From positions 1,165,597 through 1,229,596 of the forward strand of contig OZ253564.1 of NCBI GenBank assembly GCA_965262915.1: DNA of 64,000 bases. Direction: 5' to 3'. A program made the position numbers and the translations under genes. Below are positions 1 to 9,229 of the stretch, in pieces. The notes below the pieces were generated by a model, which worked only from the letters and a program-made list of their open reading frames with translations, did not search any database and was not told where the DNA came from. Each line of letters begins with the position of its first letter. Position 1 is the stretch's first letter. This DNA comes from Candidatus Spongiisociaceae bacterium. GTDB lineage: Bacteria > Actinomycetota > Acidimicrobiia > Spongiisociales > Spongiisociaceae.

Positions 1-74
1 CTCAGGTTCGACGCGGCCGCGGCCGAGGCTGTACCGCCGCCCAGGAGCATGACGGTCTCGGAGAGACCCGCCAT
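1..74 (-). CDS. FAD-dependent ferredoxin reductase (pyridine nucleotide-disulfide oxidoreductase type), 5' end only; gene runs off the window
   Basis: ATG at 74 lies directly after the Rieske gene stop (76-78). N-terminus MAGLSETVMLLGGGTASAAAASNL looks like a GxGxxA dinucleotide-binding start. Confidence 0.4.
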   Translation of the reverse strand, partial: MAGLSETVMLLGGGTASAAAASNL

Positions 75-75
75 G

Positions 76-396
76 TCAGCCGGGCGGCGCTACACAGATG
101 ACGCCTCCCTCAACCTTGCAGGGAATGGAGAAGAGGGCCGAGTCCGCGGGGTTGATGCCTTTGCCGGTGACGGCGTTGAACTCCCACAGGTGGTTGACGC
201 ACGTCAGTACCTCGCCGTCCAGATCCCCGTCATGGAGAGGCCATGCCTGATGGGGACAGCGGTCCCGGTAGGCGCGTACCTCCCCGTCCACGTTGACGAT
301 GACGACCTTCGTGCCGCCGGCATCGACCCCTTCGATGTCGCCTTCCCAGAGGTCATCGAGGTCCATTACCTCCAGCCACCGGGCTGCGTCGCTCAT
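76..396 (-). CDS. Rieske [2Fe-2S] ferredoxin component of the monooxygenase (TmoC-like)
   Basis: Rieske motifs CPHQAWPL and CVNHLWEF. Start taken at MSDAARW (ATG 396) rather than the ORF-track start at 432. Confidence 0.85.
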   Translation of the reverse strand: MSDAARWLEVMDLDDLWEGDIEGVDAGGTKVVIVNVDGEVRAYRDRCPHQAWPLHDGDLDGEVLTCVNHLWEFNAVTGKGINPADSALFSIPCKVEGGVICVAPPG

Positions 397-398
397 CC

Positions 399-470
399 GA
401 GTGGTCTGTCTGTGAAGGGCCGTCGCTGGCAAGCAGGCCGCAGCGAATCACTTTGCGGACAGACCACTAG
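399..470. repeat. Small inverted-repeat element, family C (arms GAGTGGTCTGTCTG / CGGACAGACCACTAG)
   Basis: Arms at 399-412 and 456-470 are reverse complements. The same arm sequence recurs at 20122, 20270, 31474, 31526 and 61765. The right arm overlaps the beta-subunit stop codon. Confidence 0.45.
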
Positions 471-1495
471 CCGACGGATTGGAGGGCGCCAAGCCCGGCA
501 TCGGCGAGAAGTTGCTCCCGTGCTGCCTTGGCCTCCCCAGCCACCGCTTCGGCACTGACATCTCCGGCCGGGGCCTGGGCGAGTATCCCACCCAGCGCCA
601 GCGCAGCGGCGTCTGCGCGCGGTGCCCATTTCGCGATCCATCGCTCGAAGGCCGGGACGTTCTCCGGCCGCCCCTCTACCGCCAGGCTCCCCACGGCCGC
701 CGACCACCTGGCCCTCCGAGCCGAGTCCTCGTGCAGGTTCTGGCACAGCAGCCACGTGAGGTCGTCACCGTTGGCGCGGGCTGCCTCTCCCAACGCCCGG
801 TTGAGGACGTCGTCGAGTGTCGGAGCTATCACCAGGTTGGCGGCGGTTATAGCCTCGCCCCAGTCGTAGGCGATCAGCGCCCGCTCGAGAAGTTCTCGTG
901 TCGGTTGCCATCCCTCGTGGTTCTCCCAGACATCCCGCTCGCCAGTGGCGAAACCCGCGTCCGGGTAGCCCAACTGCAGCTCCCGCGTACGGATCGATAC
1001 CACCGTCACCCGCCGGAGCTGGTCTGCCGCCGCCAAGGCTGCCGCATTGGTGATGTACGCCGTGGGCGACATGTGTGCCACGTAGGCCTGCAACATCTGA
1101 ATGGCATGGGCCGGGTATCGGATCGGTGTGTAGAAAGTCCGGAGTATCTCCACCCATTCGGGGGAGAGGGACCGGTCGTGGCCTATGCTCGCATAGCTGT
1201 CCAGCAGACCGGCGACCTTCGTCTCCTGGGCCGCCTGCTTGGCCACATAGGCCCGGTACGTCAGCTGGTCCGGATCCCTGAACACTTCCCAGTCGTCGAG
1301 TTGGATCGGCGAGTTGTCACGATAGGCCAGGAACCACAGGTTGCCCGGTGAGGAGGGGTTCTGCTCCAACGGCGCCAGCCGGCCCTTTCGCATCGTGTAG
1401 TTGGCGGCGTGGGTGCCGATCTCGTACTCGGTGGGCCTGCGGCGGATATCGCCGAACTCGCTCCAAGTGCGTAGCTTCCGCTTCTTGGCGCTCAT
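467..1495 (-). CDS. Soluble di-iron monooxygenase beta subunit (TmoE-like)
   Basis: 342 aa. Position in the operon and resemblance to toluene/alkene monooxygenase beta subunits. Its start overlaps the effector stop by 4 nt. Confidence 0.8.
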   Translation of the reverse strand: MSAKKRKLRTWSEFGDIRRRPTEYEIGTHAANYTMRKGRLAPLEQNPSSPGNLWFLAYRDNSPIQLDDWEVFRDPDQLTYRAYVAKQAAQETKVAGLLDSYASIGHDRSLSPEWVEILRTFYTPIRYPAHAIQMLQAYVAHMSPTAYITNAAALAAADQLRRVTVVSIRTRELQLGYPDAGFATGERDVWENHEGWQPTRELLERALIAYDWGEAITAANLVIAPTLDDVLNRALGEAARANGDDLTWLLCQNLHEDSARRARWSAAVGSLAVEGRPENVPAFERWIAKWAPRADAAALALGGILAQAPAGDVSAEAVAGEAKAAREQLLADAGLGALQSVG

Positions 1496-1797
1496 GATGT
1501 CACCTCCTCCTCGGTCGCACCGCCCAGGGACCAGCTCGTCTGGTCGCTGCGGGAAGTGTTGATACGGCCGGCGTTGGCGGTCAACAGGGTCTCCAGCGAC
1601 CGCAGTTGGTAGTCGGGTCCGAGATACCGCTTGAGCGAACTGGCCGTCAGCTTCAGGAACGAGGAGGCCTGGATGCGCACGTAGGCACCCCGATCGATCA
1701 CCTCGATCTCGCGGCCCGGATTGTCGTCCTCGATGGCGCTGATGATCTCTTCGATCGTGTCGCTCATCCGCAGGATCGGTCCTACCGGATTCTCCAT
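1492..1797 (-). CDS. Monooxygenase effector/coupling protein (MmoB/DmpM family, TmoD-like)
   Basis: MENPVGPILRMSD...DNPGREIEVIDRGAYVRI resembles the TmoD N-terminus. AGGAGG-like RBS lies upstream of ATG 1797. Confidence 0.8.
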   Translation of the reverse strand: MENPVGPILRMSDTIEEIISAIEDDNPGREIEVIDRGAYVRIQASSFLKLTASSLKRYLGPDYQLRSLETLLTANAGRINTSRSDQTSWSLGGATEEEVTS

Positions 1798-1807
1798 ACG
1801 GACCCTC

Positions 1808-2083
1808 CTACTCTTCCCAGTCCACACGGATGTGGTCGAGGGGGGCGATCCCCGCCTCGACCACCGTCACGTCGTCGGGCAGTATCCGGTTGTTGTGAAT
1901 CACCAGCTTGGGCAAGCCGCGGTCCCGCACCCGGACTCCCACCGTATGGTGGGCGACCGCCTCTGCCACCTCCGCGATGGTGTTGTTGGACATCACCGGG
2001 ACGAGAATCTCCACGAAGTCGTCGGCGAAGATGGCGTTCAGCGGGACGAGCTGGGGTTCGGCGGCGCCGCCGTTGTCGCTCAT
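1808..2083 (-). CDS. TmoB-like small (gamma) subunit of a four-component alkene/aromatic monooxygenase
   Basis: 91 aa between the alpha and effector genes. ATGA overlap with the alpha stop. Size and position fit the TmoB family. Confidence 0.7.
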   Translation of the reverse strand: MSDNGGAAEPQLVPLNAIFADDFVEILVPVMSNNTIAEVAEAVAHHTVGVRVRDRGLPKLVIHNNRILPDDVTVVEAGIAPLDHIRVDWEE

Positions 2084-3588
2084 CCACCCACCCCCGCGCC
2101 AACGGGTTCGGTTCGCGCGTAGGCCTCGGTCCAGTCGTAGCCGCCGGCGTCGTCACCCATCACATCGGGGGTGAGACCCATGTAACCCAGGATGCCGGGG
2201 ACGTCCATCGGCTGGATCTGGCCGGCGAGGAAGCGCTCCACCACCGTCTTGTTGTTGAGAGCGTCGCGATCCTCCCACCAGATCTGGCGGCAGGTCCTGG
2301 TGCAGAAGTGGTAGCGCACCCCGTTGTGCTTGAGCGAGTGGTTGCGGACCCGCCACTTGCCGTCCCGTCCGTAGGTGGCGTTACAGGTCGGAAGGTGGCA
2401 ATAGTTGCACAGCCAAGGGAGAGTCTCAGGTAGGGCTCGGTGCATATTGCCGGCGTTGATGTTCTCCGCCAACACCTTCCACTTGTCACCGTAGAGGAGA
2501 TCCCAGTTGGGGTACTTCTCGATGAGCCACTCGCGGGATTCGGGGCTGACCCCGACCGGCTTCCACCACAGGGTCGGGCGCCAGAACCACTCGCCCATCT
2601 GCAGCGAGTGATGCCATACGTCGAGACCCGCGATGAACTCGTCCCAGTACCAGGGGCGCTTCAGGCCGTAGTCCTGGATGGTGCGGACGAACTGATCGAT
2701 GATCCACTCCTCCATGAACTCCCGGTAGCTCTGCTTGCGGTGCTCGACCGGCGTGTTGTAGTCCATCGACGGTCCGGTCAGGGCGGAGAAGGCCCGGGCC
2801 GAGAGCCAGAAGAACTTGTCCACTGTCCACTGGGCTCGTACCGGATCGTGCTCGACCAGGACCTCCAACGTGGGTCCGCCCTGCTGGGAGTGCCGGGCCT
2901 CGTCGGTCTGGATCGAGGAGATCAGGTTGGCGAATGCCACGTCGCCGGCTTCGAGGGCATCGGCGGCCAGGGCCACGAACTGGATGTTGGTGAAGCCCGT
3001 CTCGAACGCGAACGGGAGCTGGATGGCGATATCCACCACGCTGCCGCCGATCATCATGTTGTCGATCAGCGCCCGCAACGCGATGCTCACCCAGTCGTTG
3101 GTCAGCAATGCCCGGTGAGCCCAGTCGAACTGGGGATCGCGTTCCACCAGCTCGTGCGCGAACGTAAGGCTGAGCTGGCCGTGGCGGATCTCGTCGAGGG
3201 TGCCCATGACCGCCATGTTGCGCCAAGCGGGGCTCAGGCCGAAGCGGGCCATTCGGCTCTCCCCGTACACGGCGCCGTACTCGACTAGGGCGATCCCGCC
3301 GAGATGCATCTTGACCGACGACCTCCACGCCTCGTCCAGCATGTCGTACTGGTTCGACCGGTGCAGGGCGGCCTTCACTGCGTAGGCGGCGGTCTCCTTC
3401 TCGTTCTGGGTGGCTACGTATTCAGGGTAGGCGACCTTGTAGCTCTCCTCCCAGGCCGACCAAGCCTCACGAGGAACCTTGCCCGATCCGCTCAACCAGT
3501 CAGGGAAGACGGCCTCGTCGTCCACGTAGCCCAGCGTCCAGTCGACATCCCGGACGATCCCTTGCCATTCCTCACGTTTGAGAGTCAT
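2080..3588 (-). CDS. Soluble di-iron monooxygenase alpha (hydroxylase) subunit, TmoA-like
   Basis: Two di-iron ligand motifs, LDEIRHGQ and TDEARHSQ. Start at MTLKREEW (ATG 3588) preceded by GAAGGAG. Confidence 0.92.
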   Translation of the reverse strand: MTLKREEWQGIVRDVDWTLGYVDDEAVFPDWLSGSGKVPREAWSAWEESYKVAYPEYVATQNEKETAAYAVKAALHRSNQYDMLDEAWRSSVKMHLGGIALVEYGAVYGESRMARFGLSPAWRNMAVMGTLDEIRHGQLSLTFAHELVERDPQFDWAHRALLTNDWVSIALRALIDNMMIGGSVVDIAIQLPFAFETGFTNIQFVALAADALEAGDVAFANLISSIQTDEARHSQQGGPTLEVLVEHDPVRAQWTVDKFFWLSARAFSALTGPSMDYNTPVEHRKQSYREFMEEWIIDQFVRTIQDYGLKRPWYWDEFIAGLDVWHHSLQMGEWFWRPTLWWKPVGVSPESREWLIEKYPNWDLLYGDKWKVLAENINAGNMHRALPETLPWLCNYCHLPTCNATYGRDGKWRVRNHSLKHNGVRYHFCTRTCRQIWWEDRDALNNKTVVERFLAGQIQPMDVPGILGYMGLTPDVMGDDAGGYDWTEAYARTEPVGAGVGG

Positions 3589-3601
3589 GGTTGCTCCTTC
3601 C

Positions 3602-4066
3602 TCAGTCGACTTCCATGTGACCGAGTTGGCGGTAGATCGAGGCACTGTCCCAGTAGGCGGTCAGGCTCTCGATCCGGCCGTCGTCGTTTACATCGAATAT
3701 GAAGGCGTGCGGTTCCCAGTACTTCATACCTTTGGGGGCGATCGGTCCCCACGCCTTCTCCTGGTGACCGCCGATGCTCACGACCGCCGCCACCTTTCCG
3801 TCCTCCGAGGCGGTGATCGAGTGGACCTCGTTGGACAGATCCGGGAAGGAGTTGATCAACCCTTCCCATATCGGCCGGGCCAACGTGGCGACCTTGCCGT
3901 CACCTCTGATGACCCGCTGCTTGGTCCAGATCTCGAACGGGACGTACGAGAAGTCGGCATTGTCGGTACAGAGGTCCACCATTGACAATGTGTCGTGCCG
4001 GCGGTAGGCCTCGAAGAAGGCTTCCACCGTTGCAACGGGGTCTGCCCTCGTAGCAGTTGTAGTCAC
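3602..4066 (-). CDS. SnoaL/NTF2-like fold protein (possible limonene-epoxide-hydrolase-like enzyme)
   Basis: 154 aa, typical SnoaL-like pattern (VEAFFEAYRRHD...). Stop lies 13 nt upstream of the alpha start. Confidence 0.65.
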   Translation of the reverse strand: MTTTATRADPVATVEAFFEAYRRHDTLSMVDLCTDNADFSYVPFEIWTKQRVIRGDGKVATLARPIWEGLINSFPDLSNEVHSITASEDGKVAAVVSIGGHQEKAWGPIAPKGMKYWEPHAFIFDVNDDGRIESLTAYWDSASIYRQLGHMEVD

Positions 4067-4078
4067 GGATTCTCCTTC

Positions 4079-4498
4079 CTAGACGATCGACACCGCGTCG
4101 AGGCGTTTGACCGCCAGCCTGCGGTACAGGATGTTCTGATCCCAGAACCCCCGGATGGAAGTTATCCGGCCGTCGGAGACGCCCAGCATCCATACTTGGT
4201 CGAGGTCGATGTGTTTTTCCTGGTTGACGACGCCTAGATAGTCGGCGGCCTGGGTGCCCTCCATCTTCAATTCCGTGACCGCCGTACCGTCGGTTCCCAT
4301 GAAGTGGTTCTTGGTGGTGAGAAGAAGATCCGGGAAGGCCGTGACCGTGGCCGCGAAGAAGCCTCTGGCCTCGTCCCTGCCACCCTTGACGTTGGCCGCC
4401 AGAAGATCGACGGTGGCGTCGGCCGAGACCAGATCCATCGCTCCGTCAACATCCCCTGCACTGATCGCGTCCCAGAAGGCGCCGGCTGTGTCGGACAT
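4079..4498 (-). CDS. SnoaL/NTF2-like fold protein, second copy
   Basis: MSDTAGAFWDAISAGDVDGAMDL... Start at ATG 4498 with GGGAGG 8 nt upstream. Confidence 0.65.
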   Translation of the reverse strand: MSDTAGAFWDAISAGDVDGAMDLVSADATVDLLAANVKGGRDEARGFFAATVTAFPDLLLTTKNHFMGTDGTAVTELKMEGTQAADYLGVVNQEKHIDLDQVWMLGVSDGRITSIRGFWDQNILYRRLAVKRLDAVSIV

Positions 4499-4514
4499 CG
4501 GCATCACCTCCCTG

Positions 4515-5534
4515 TCAGAGTATTGCGAGGCTCTTGAGCACCGCATCGGCCACCGCGTCGGCGGAGCCCGGGTTCTGGGCGGTGATCAGGTTACGGTCCA
4601 CCACGACATGGGACGACCAGGCGCTGCGCCCGTCGTCGAACACCGCCCCGGCGTTGCGGAGGGTGCTCTCTAGGTACCAGGAGAGACCATGCTGCCCGGG
4701 GCGGGTCTGGTCCTCTTCCTCGTCGGTGAACGACGTGACCCGGTAGCCGTCGAACAGCCACTGGCCGTCCAGGTTGGCGGGAGCCGACAGGAGGAAGGCG
4801 GGTCCGTGGCACACCGATGCGATGGCCGCCTGCTTCTCGTGGAGGATGCCGATCACCCTGGTCACGTCGGGGTTGTCGGACAAGTCCACCATGGGGCCAT
4901 GGCCCCCGGGTACGAACACCGCGTCGAACTCCGCGATGTCCTCGTCGCTCAAGGTCGAAAGGTTGGCCGGGGAGACGAAGGCGGGTAGAGAATCGAGAGC
5001 GTCCTTGACCCGCTGCGATTCTGCGTCGCTGTCGGCGATCACCTCGGCGAGGGCGGATTCGAGGTCGGCCCGGGTGACGGACTCGGGTAGGTCCCGGGCT
5101 TCGAGTTCGTCCAGGAACTGGGTGTCGTTCCGCCATGAGGCGAAGGCAGCGCCGGATATGAGCTTGCGAGCCTCGACCGGGTGCATGCCGGTCCCCTTGA
5201 GCCGGTTGAACACCCGCAGCGCGGAGATCATGCCCAGTTCGGTCAGGTGGTGCAGGGTCAGGCGGATGTCGTCAACATCGTGCGCGAACGTCCGGGTGAT
5301 GCTGTTGAGGAAGTCCTCGTCGTCATCCGGGTAGTGGAAGATCTCCTCGAGGCCGTAGGGGTCGGCGTAGGGGGAGCGGCCGTCGGGCGTGGTCACCACC
5401 ACATCAACACCCGCCTCGACAAAGCGTTCGTACGGCGTGAGCGCCTCGTCGGCGAAGTAGCCGGTCTCGTGCATGGAACCGTTGGCGAGCTGCATCTCCC
5501 GCGCGCTCGACACCAGGAACAACAATCGTGGCAT
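4515..5534 (-). CDS. DJ-1/PfpI (class I glutamine amidotransferase-like) family protein with a long insertion
   Basis: Nucleophile elbow AIASVCHGPAFL and C-terminal NLITAQNPGSA, both typical of the family. Confidence 0.75.
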   Translation of the reverse strand: MPRLLFLVSSAREMQLANGSMHETGYFADEALTPYERFVEAGVDVVVTTPDGRSPYADPYGLEEIFHYPDDDEDFLNSITRTFAHDVDDIRLTLHHLTELGMISALRVFNRLKGTGMHPVEARKLISGAAFASWRNDTQFLDELEARDLPESVTRADLESALAEVIADSDAESQRVKDALDSLPAFVSPANLSTLSDEDIAEFDAVFVPGGHGPMVDLSDNPDVTRVIGILHEKQAAIASVCHGPAFLLSAPANLDGQWLFDGYRVTSFTDEEEDQTRPGQHGLSWYLESTLRNAGAVFDDGRSAWSSHVVVDRNLITAQNPGSADAVADAVLKSLAIL

Positions 5535-5904
5535 GGCAAATCATCCTTCCGCAGCTATACCGGTCGGCCTGCCGCATCGGAGCTGCCGGATGACGATCGT
5601 ATGCCCGCGTCCGGCAACTGAACAAGAACCGGCGCTCGCGAGGCTATCAGATACGACGCTCCGGTGTCAGATTATCGATCCGATCCGGCGAGGTCTTGCC
5701 GGCGGCCCATCCTTCCTTCGCGATGGCGAACCACGTTTGCGGTCGCCCGGTGCTTTTCTGCGGTTCGGCCGTCGCGGACGTGATCGCCCGCCACCGCGCC
5801 CCACCAGCGGAAAACGCGGATTAGCCGGTGGAAGCGCCGGACGGATGTCGAGCACCCGGAACGCGACCCGAGCGGTCCGGTTCCGGGTGGGTAGGCTGAC
5901 GCCG

Positions 5905-6273
5905 ATGAGAGAGTCTGTGGCGGGCGCGCTGATCGTCCTGATGCTGGCCGCGTGCGGCGGTGAGGACTCCGGCACCGACGACGACGGTCCGCAGATCCCG
6001 CAGGGTACGGAGGAAGCCCAGGCGTCCTTCGAGCAATTCCTGAGCAGCCCCTTCATAAGCGAATCGCAGGCCGAGGAGACGAGAGCCATGGTCTGGAGCG
6101 CCTGTACCGCGTTCGATGAAGGGGCCACCTGGCCGGAGTTCGAGGATCAGACCAAGGCCGACGCCGAGGCGGAGGGCAGGCCCCTCGGAAGTCTCCAGAT
6201 AGCCGGGATGCGCACCGCCGCCGGCAAGGGTATTGCGGCCTACTGCCCCCGTCACTCGGACAAAGCACCATAG
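5905..6273 (+). CDS. Small lipoprotein
   Basis: MRESVAGALIVLMLAACGG is a signal peptide plus lipobox. The ORF-track start at 5473 is upstream Arg-rich noise. Confidence 0.55.
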   Translation: MRESVAGALIVLMLAACGGEDSGTDDDGPQIPQGTEEAQASFEQFLSSPFISESQAEETRAMVWSACTAFDEGATWPEFEDQTKADAEAEGRPLGSLQIAGMRTAAGKGIAAYCPRHSDKAP

Positions 6274-6315
6274 GCCCGTAGCCGGTCCCCCGTGGTTAGT
6301 GGTTATTTGTAATAG

Positions 6316-7572
6316 TTGATAGCTACACCCCCGGCGAGCTGGCACCTGGCACCTGGCACCTGGCACCTGGCACCTGGCACCTGGCACCTGGCACCTGGCT
6401 ACAAGGTGATCCCCGACCCCGACGCTCCGGGGCGTCACAACTACTTCCCGCATCAGGGGTTGGGCGGTATAAGGATGTTCTCCGCTCTCTGCCGGAAGCT
6501 GGAAGCGGATGGCGGCCGTATCCTCCTCGGAACGGGCTTCTCGCGATTACGGACCGGCGACCGGGGCGAAGTGGTAGGGGCGGTGTGTAACAGCGACCGA
6601 GGCGTCATCGATGTCGACGCCGCGGCGACCGTGCTGGCGACAGGGAGTTTCAGCCGCAACACCGAACTCAAGGTGCGGTACTTCGGAATCAACGGCGACC
6701 GCACCAGCTATTACGGTTCCCGCCATCACGACGGGGACGGCATCCTGGCGGCGCTGGATGTGGGTGCCTCGGTTAGCAGCGGCATCTCCGTGAGCACCGG
6801 CGGATGTGTGTTCGCCCCGCCCTTCGAGCCGCCCGACGACCGGCACGTGTTCCTGGGGGGCGGGAGTGGTCTGGCATTGGAGCAACGCCGGATGCCCGAG
6901 CCGGTGCCTTCCGGTGTCCAGCGGCTCAGCCTCCGCCCGCCGATCTGGGGTGACGAGCCGTCGATCCTCGTGAACCTCGACGGCGACCGCTTCGTCGACG
7001 AGTCCTCCCGCTACACGGTGATCGGCTGGGCGACGACCGGCCAGCGCGAGGGGCTGGGCTTCTGCATATTCGACCACCCGGTCTACGTGGAATACGCGGA
7101 GACCATCGAGGTCGCCCGCGGGATGGGTGCATGGACCTTGCGCGCGAACACGGTCGAAGAACTGGCTCTCGGACTTGCCGGCTGGCGGAGGACTCCCTCA
7201 TACAACGAAGGCGTGAACCCCCGCCGGCTCCTCCGTACGCTGGCCGAATACAACGCGGCCGCCCGGGGCCGCAGGCTGGATGACCTGTGGCCGCCACGCA
7301 AGGAGGGCGGCCGACCCCTCAACCGGCCCCCCTTCTACGCTTCGCCTGTGGTTCAAGGGGTAGTGGACCCGGCGGGTGGATTGCGCATCGACTCGGATGC
7401 CCGGGTTCTCGACCGAGGAGGGCGCCCCATCGCAGGTCTCTTCGCGGCAGGCGCCGACGCCGGCCGCGCCTACACGCGCGAGCACGGGGGCTTCGCCTTC
7501 CGTCTGATCTTCGGCCGCCGCGCGGGAACCAGTGCGGCATGGCTGTCGAGTCAGGTGCCTGACCGCCGCTAG
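6316..7572 (+). pseudogene. FAD-dependent oxidoreductase (fumarate reductase/KstD-like flavoprotein) lacking the N-terminal FAD-binding fold
   Basis: Homology begins at FPHQGLGGIRMFSALCRKLEADGG, roughly 130-150 aa into such proteins. No GxGxxG segment is present. The N-terminus is replaced by translated heptamer repeat (WHLAPGT)n. Confidence 0.6.
6339..6399. repeat. Heptanucleotide tandem repeat, 8 full GGCACCT units plus partial units
   Basis: Perfect 7-bp periodicity at 6341-6396. Same unit as the 22-copy array at 48542. Open in all six frames. Confidence 0.95.
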
Positions 7573-7767
7573 CCGTCTCAGTAAGGGTCGCGTGCCCTGT
7601 GGCGTCCCGATGAGTGGTGGAGGCGGAGGTTGGGCCCGATAGGGATGGTAAGCAGCGGCTTGTTGCGATGTTCGCGTTCGTACGGTCAGGAGTGGCAGGG
7701 CCATGAGAAAGAGGCGTCCCGTTGGCCGGGCCGCCTCTGTCGGTTGATCGATTGTGCAGCCAGTCGT

Positions 7768-8679
7768 TCAGCGGCCGAAGCCATCCCAGGGGCCGATGGT
7801 GCGGGACCGGTTGGGGATGCCGGCGATCTCGGGCGCCTGCATGGGATCGTCCGGGTCGTAGTTCTCGGCGATCCCCTTCACGATGAAGTCCGGCTCGAGG
7901 GTGACCCAGTTGATCAGGTCGCCGTCGAGGCGGAAGATCCAGGTGGTGCCTTCCTCGTTGTCGGCGAGGAACGAACCGTGCTTCACCCTCGCAGGACGCC
8001 AGAAGTAGGCGCCCGGTGAGATCGGTCCGTAGTTGTAGGTCATGCTGCCCGAGAGGCAGTAGGCCTCCTCGAACACCGGGTGGTGCATGAGCCTCTCGTC
8101 ACCCCACCCTGCAGGAGCGTGACACACGAAGGTGCGGAAACCCTTGGTCTGGTGGTCGGGATCCCAGTCGAAGTAGAGGTCCTTCTTCTGCAGGAACTGC
8201 TGGGTGAGTCCCCGTTCCGGCTTGTTCTGGATGAAGTCCATCTTCTCGCTGTGCATGATCGTGAGCTCGCCGGGTTCCTCCGACACCGTGTTCCCGCCCT
8301 TGGGGATGAAGTCGCTCTCGTCCCGATCGGCGATCGAGAAGCCCCAGTCGCCGTATTCACGGAATATCAGAACCTCCGAGCCGGACTCGATTCGCATGTG
8401 CGGAACTCTGAGACCGGCCGGGGCCCGCCAGTATCCGCCGGGTCCGAAGTCCTGGTCTCCGAGGTGGACCCGGCCGTTGAGCACGAACCATTCGGTGTCG
8501 GCGCTGTGGTACCCGCCCGGGCGGCCCCAGTCCGTCTCGAAGAAGACCTTGAAGGACCCGGCCCCGTTCTCCTCGTCGTACGAGAGGTTCTGCTGGCGGG
8601 CCCGACCCTCACCGCGTGGTAGCTCGGGCGCATGCCATATGAGATCCTGCTCGTGTACCAGTTCGACGTGCGGTCGCAT
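7768..8679 (-). CDS. Bicupin-like protein
   Basis: Start at MRPHVEL (ATG 8679) with AAGGAG upstream. Two cupin-like halves. Resembles 14425..15120. Confidence 0.65.
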   Translation of the reverse strand: MRPHVELVHEQDLIWHAPELPRGEGRARQQNLSYDEENGAGSFKVFFETDWGRPGGYHSADTEWFVLNGRVHLGDQDFGPGGYWRAPAGLRVPHMRIESGSEVLIFREYGDWGFSIADRDESDFIPKGGNTVSEEPGELTIMHSEKMDFIQNKPERGLTQQFLQKKDLYFDWDPDHQTKGFRTFVCHAPAGWGDERLMHHPVFEEAYCLSGSMTYNYGPISPGAYFWRPARVKHGSFLADNEEGTTWIFRLDGDLINWVTLEPDFIVKGIAENYDPDDPMQAPEIAGIPNRSRTIGPWDGFGR

Positions 8680-8797
8680 CCGGTCACTCCTTGTCGCACC
8701 TACACGGGCGAGTTTCGAGTGCGGGGGGCCGGGTGTCAAGCCCGTTCGGACGGAGGGTCGGCTACGCTGCGCCGGCGTGACGGGAGAGGAGCGCGAC

Positions 8798-9139
8798 GTG
8801 GGGATCACCGAACTTGCCGCGCAGATCGAGGGGTTTCTCGATTCGGTTCCCGAAGGGAGCGATGTCCGGGCGTTCCTCCGTGCGGTCGAGGGCGTGTCGG
8901 ATGTGGCGGTCCCGGTTTACGACGGACCGATCGAGCTGCTGGTGGCGCCGTCGGCGATCATCGGGAACGACGGCTCGCCCATCGTCACCAAAGAGGCCAC
9001 CCGCGGTCAGTTGATCGACGCCGCGGCGGGGTTCAGGACCAACGCGCAGAAGCTGATCGGGGAGGCGGGCCGGGCGATGGCGACCGCGATCACCCTCGAG
9101 CAGCTTGCCGACAGCCTCGCCCCCGGCAGGAGACGATAG
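8798..9139 (+). CDS. Hypothetical protein
   Basis: GTG 8798 preceded by GGGAGAGGAG. Divergent from the cupin gene. No recognisable domain. Confidence 0.4.
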   Translation: MGITELAAQIEGFLDSVPEGSDVRAFLRAVEGVSDVAVPVYDGPIELLVAPSAIIGNDGSPIVTKEATRGQLIDAAAGFRTNAQKLIGEAGRAMATAITLEQLADSLAPGRRR

Positions 9140-9229
9140 GGCCGCCGCTACCAGGGCCCCGATCCCCCGATTCCCGCGCGACGAACCACACTCGCTGCGG
9201 GATACCCGAACCGGTTGAGCCGGGTCGGG

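Noticed and set aside
5473-6273. 266-aa ORF start at 5473
   Set aside because: The upstream 144 codons are Arg/Pro-rich with no domain. A signal peptide plus lipobox begins at ATG 5905.
7690-7740. Weak hairpin AGAGGCG...CGCCTCT between convergent genes as a terminator
   Set aside because: The loop is about 15 nt and no T-run follows. Support is insufficient to annotate it.
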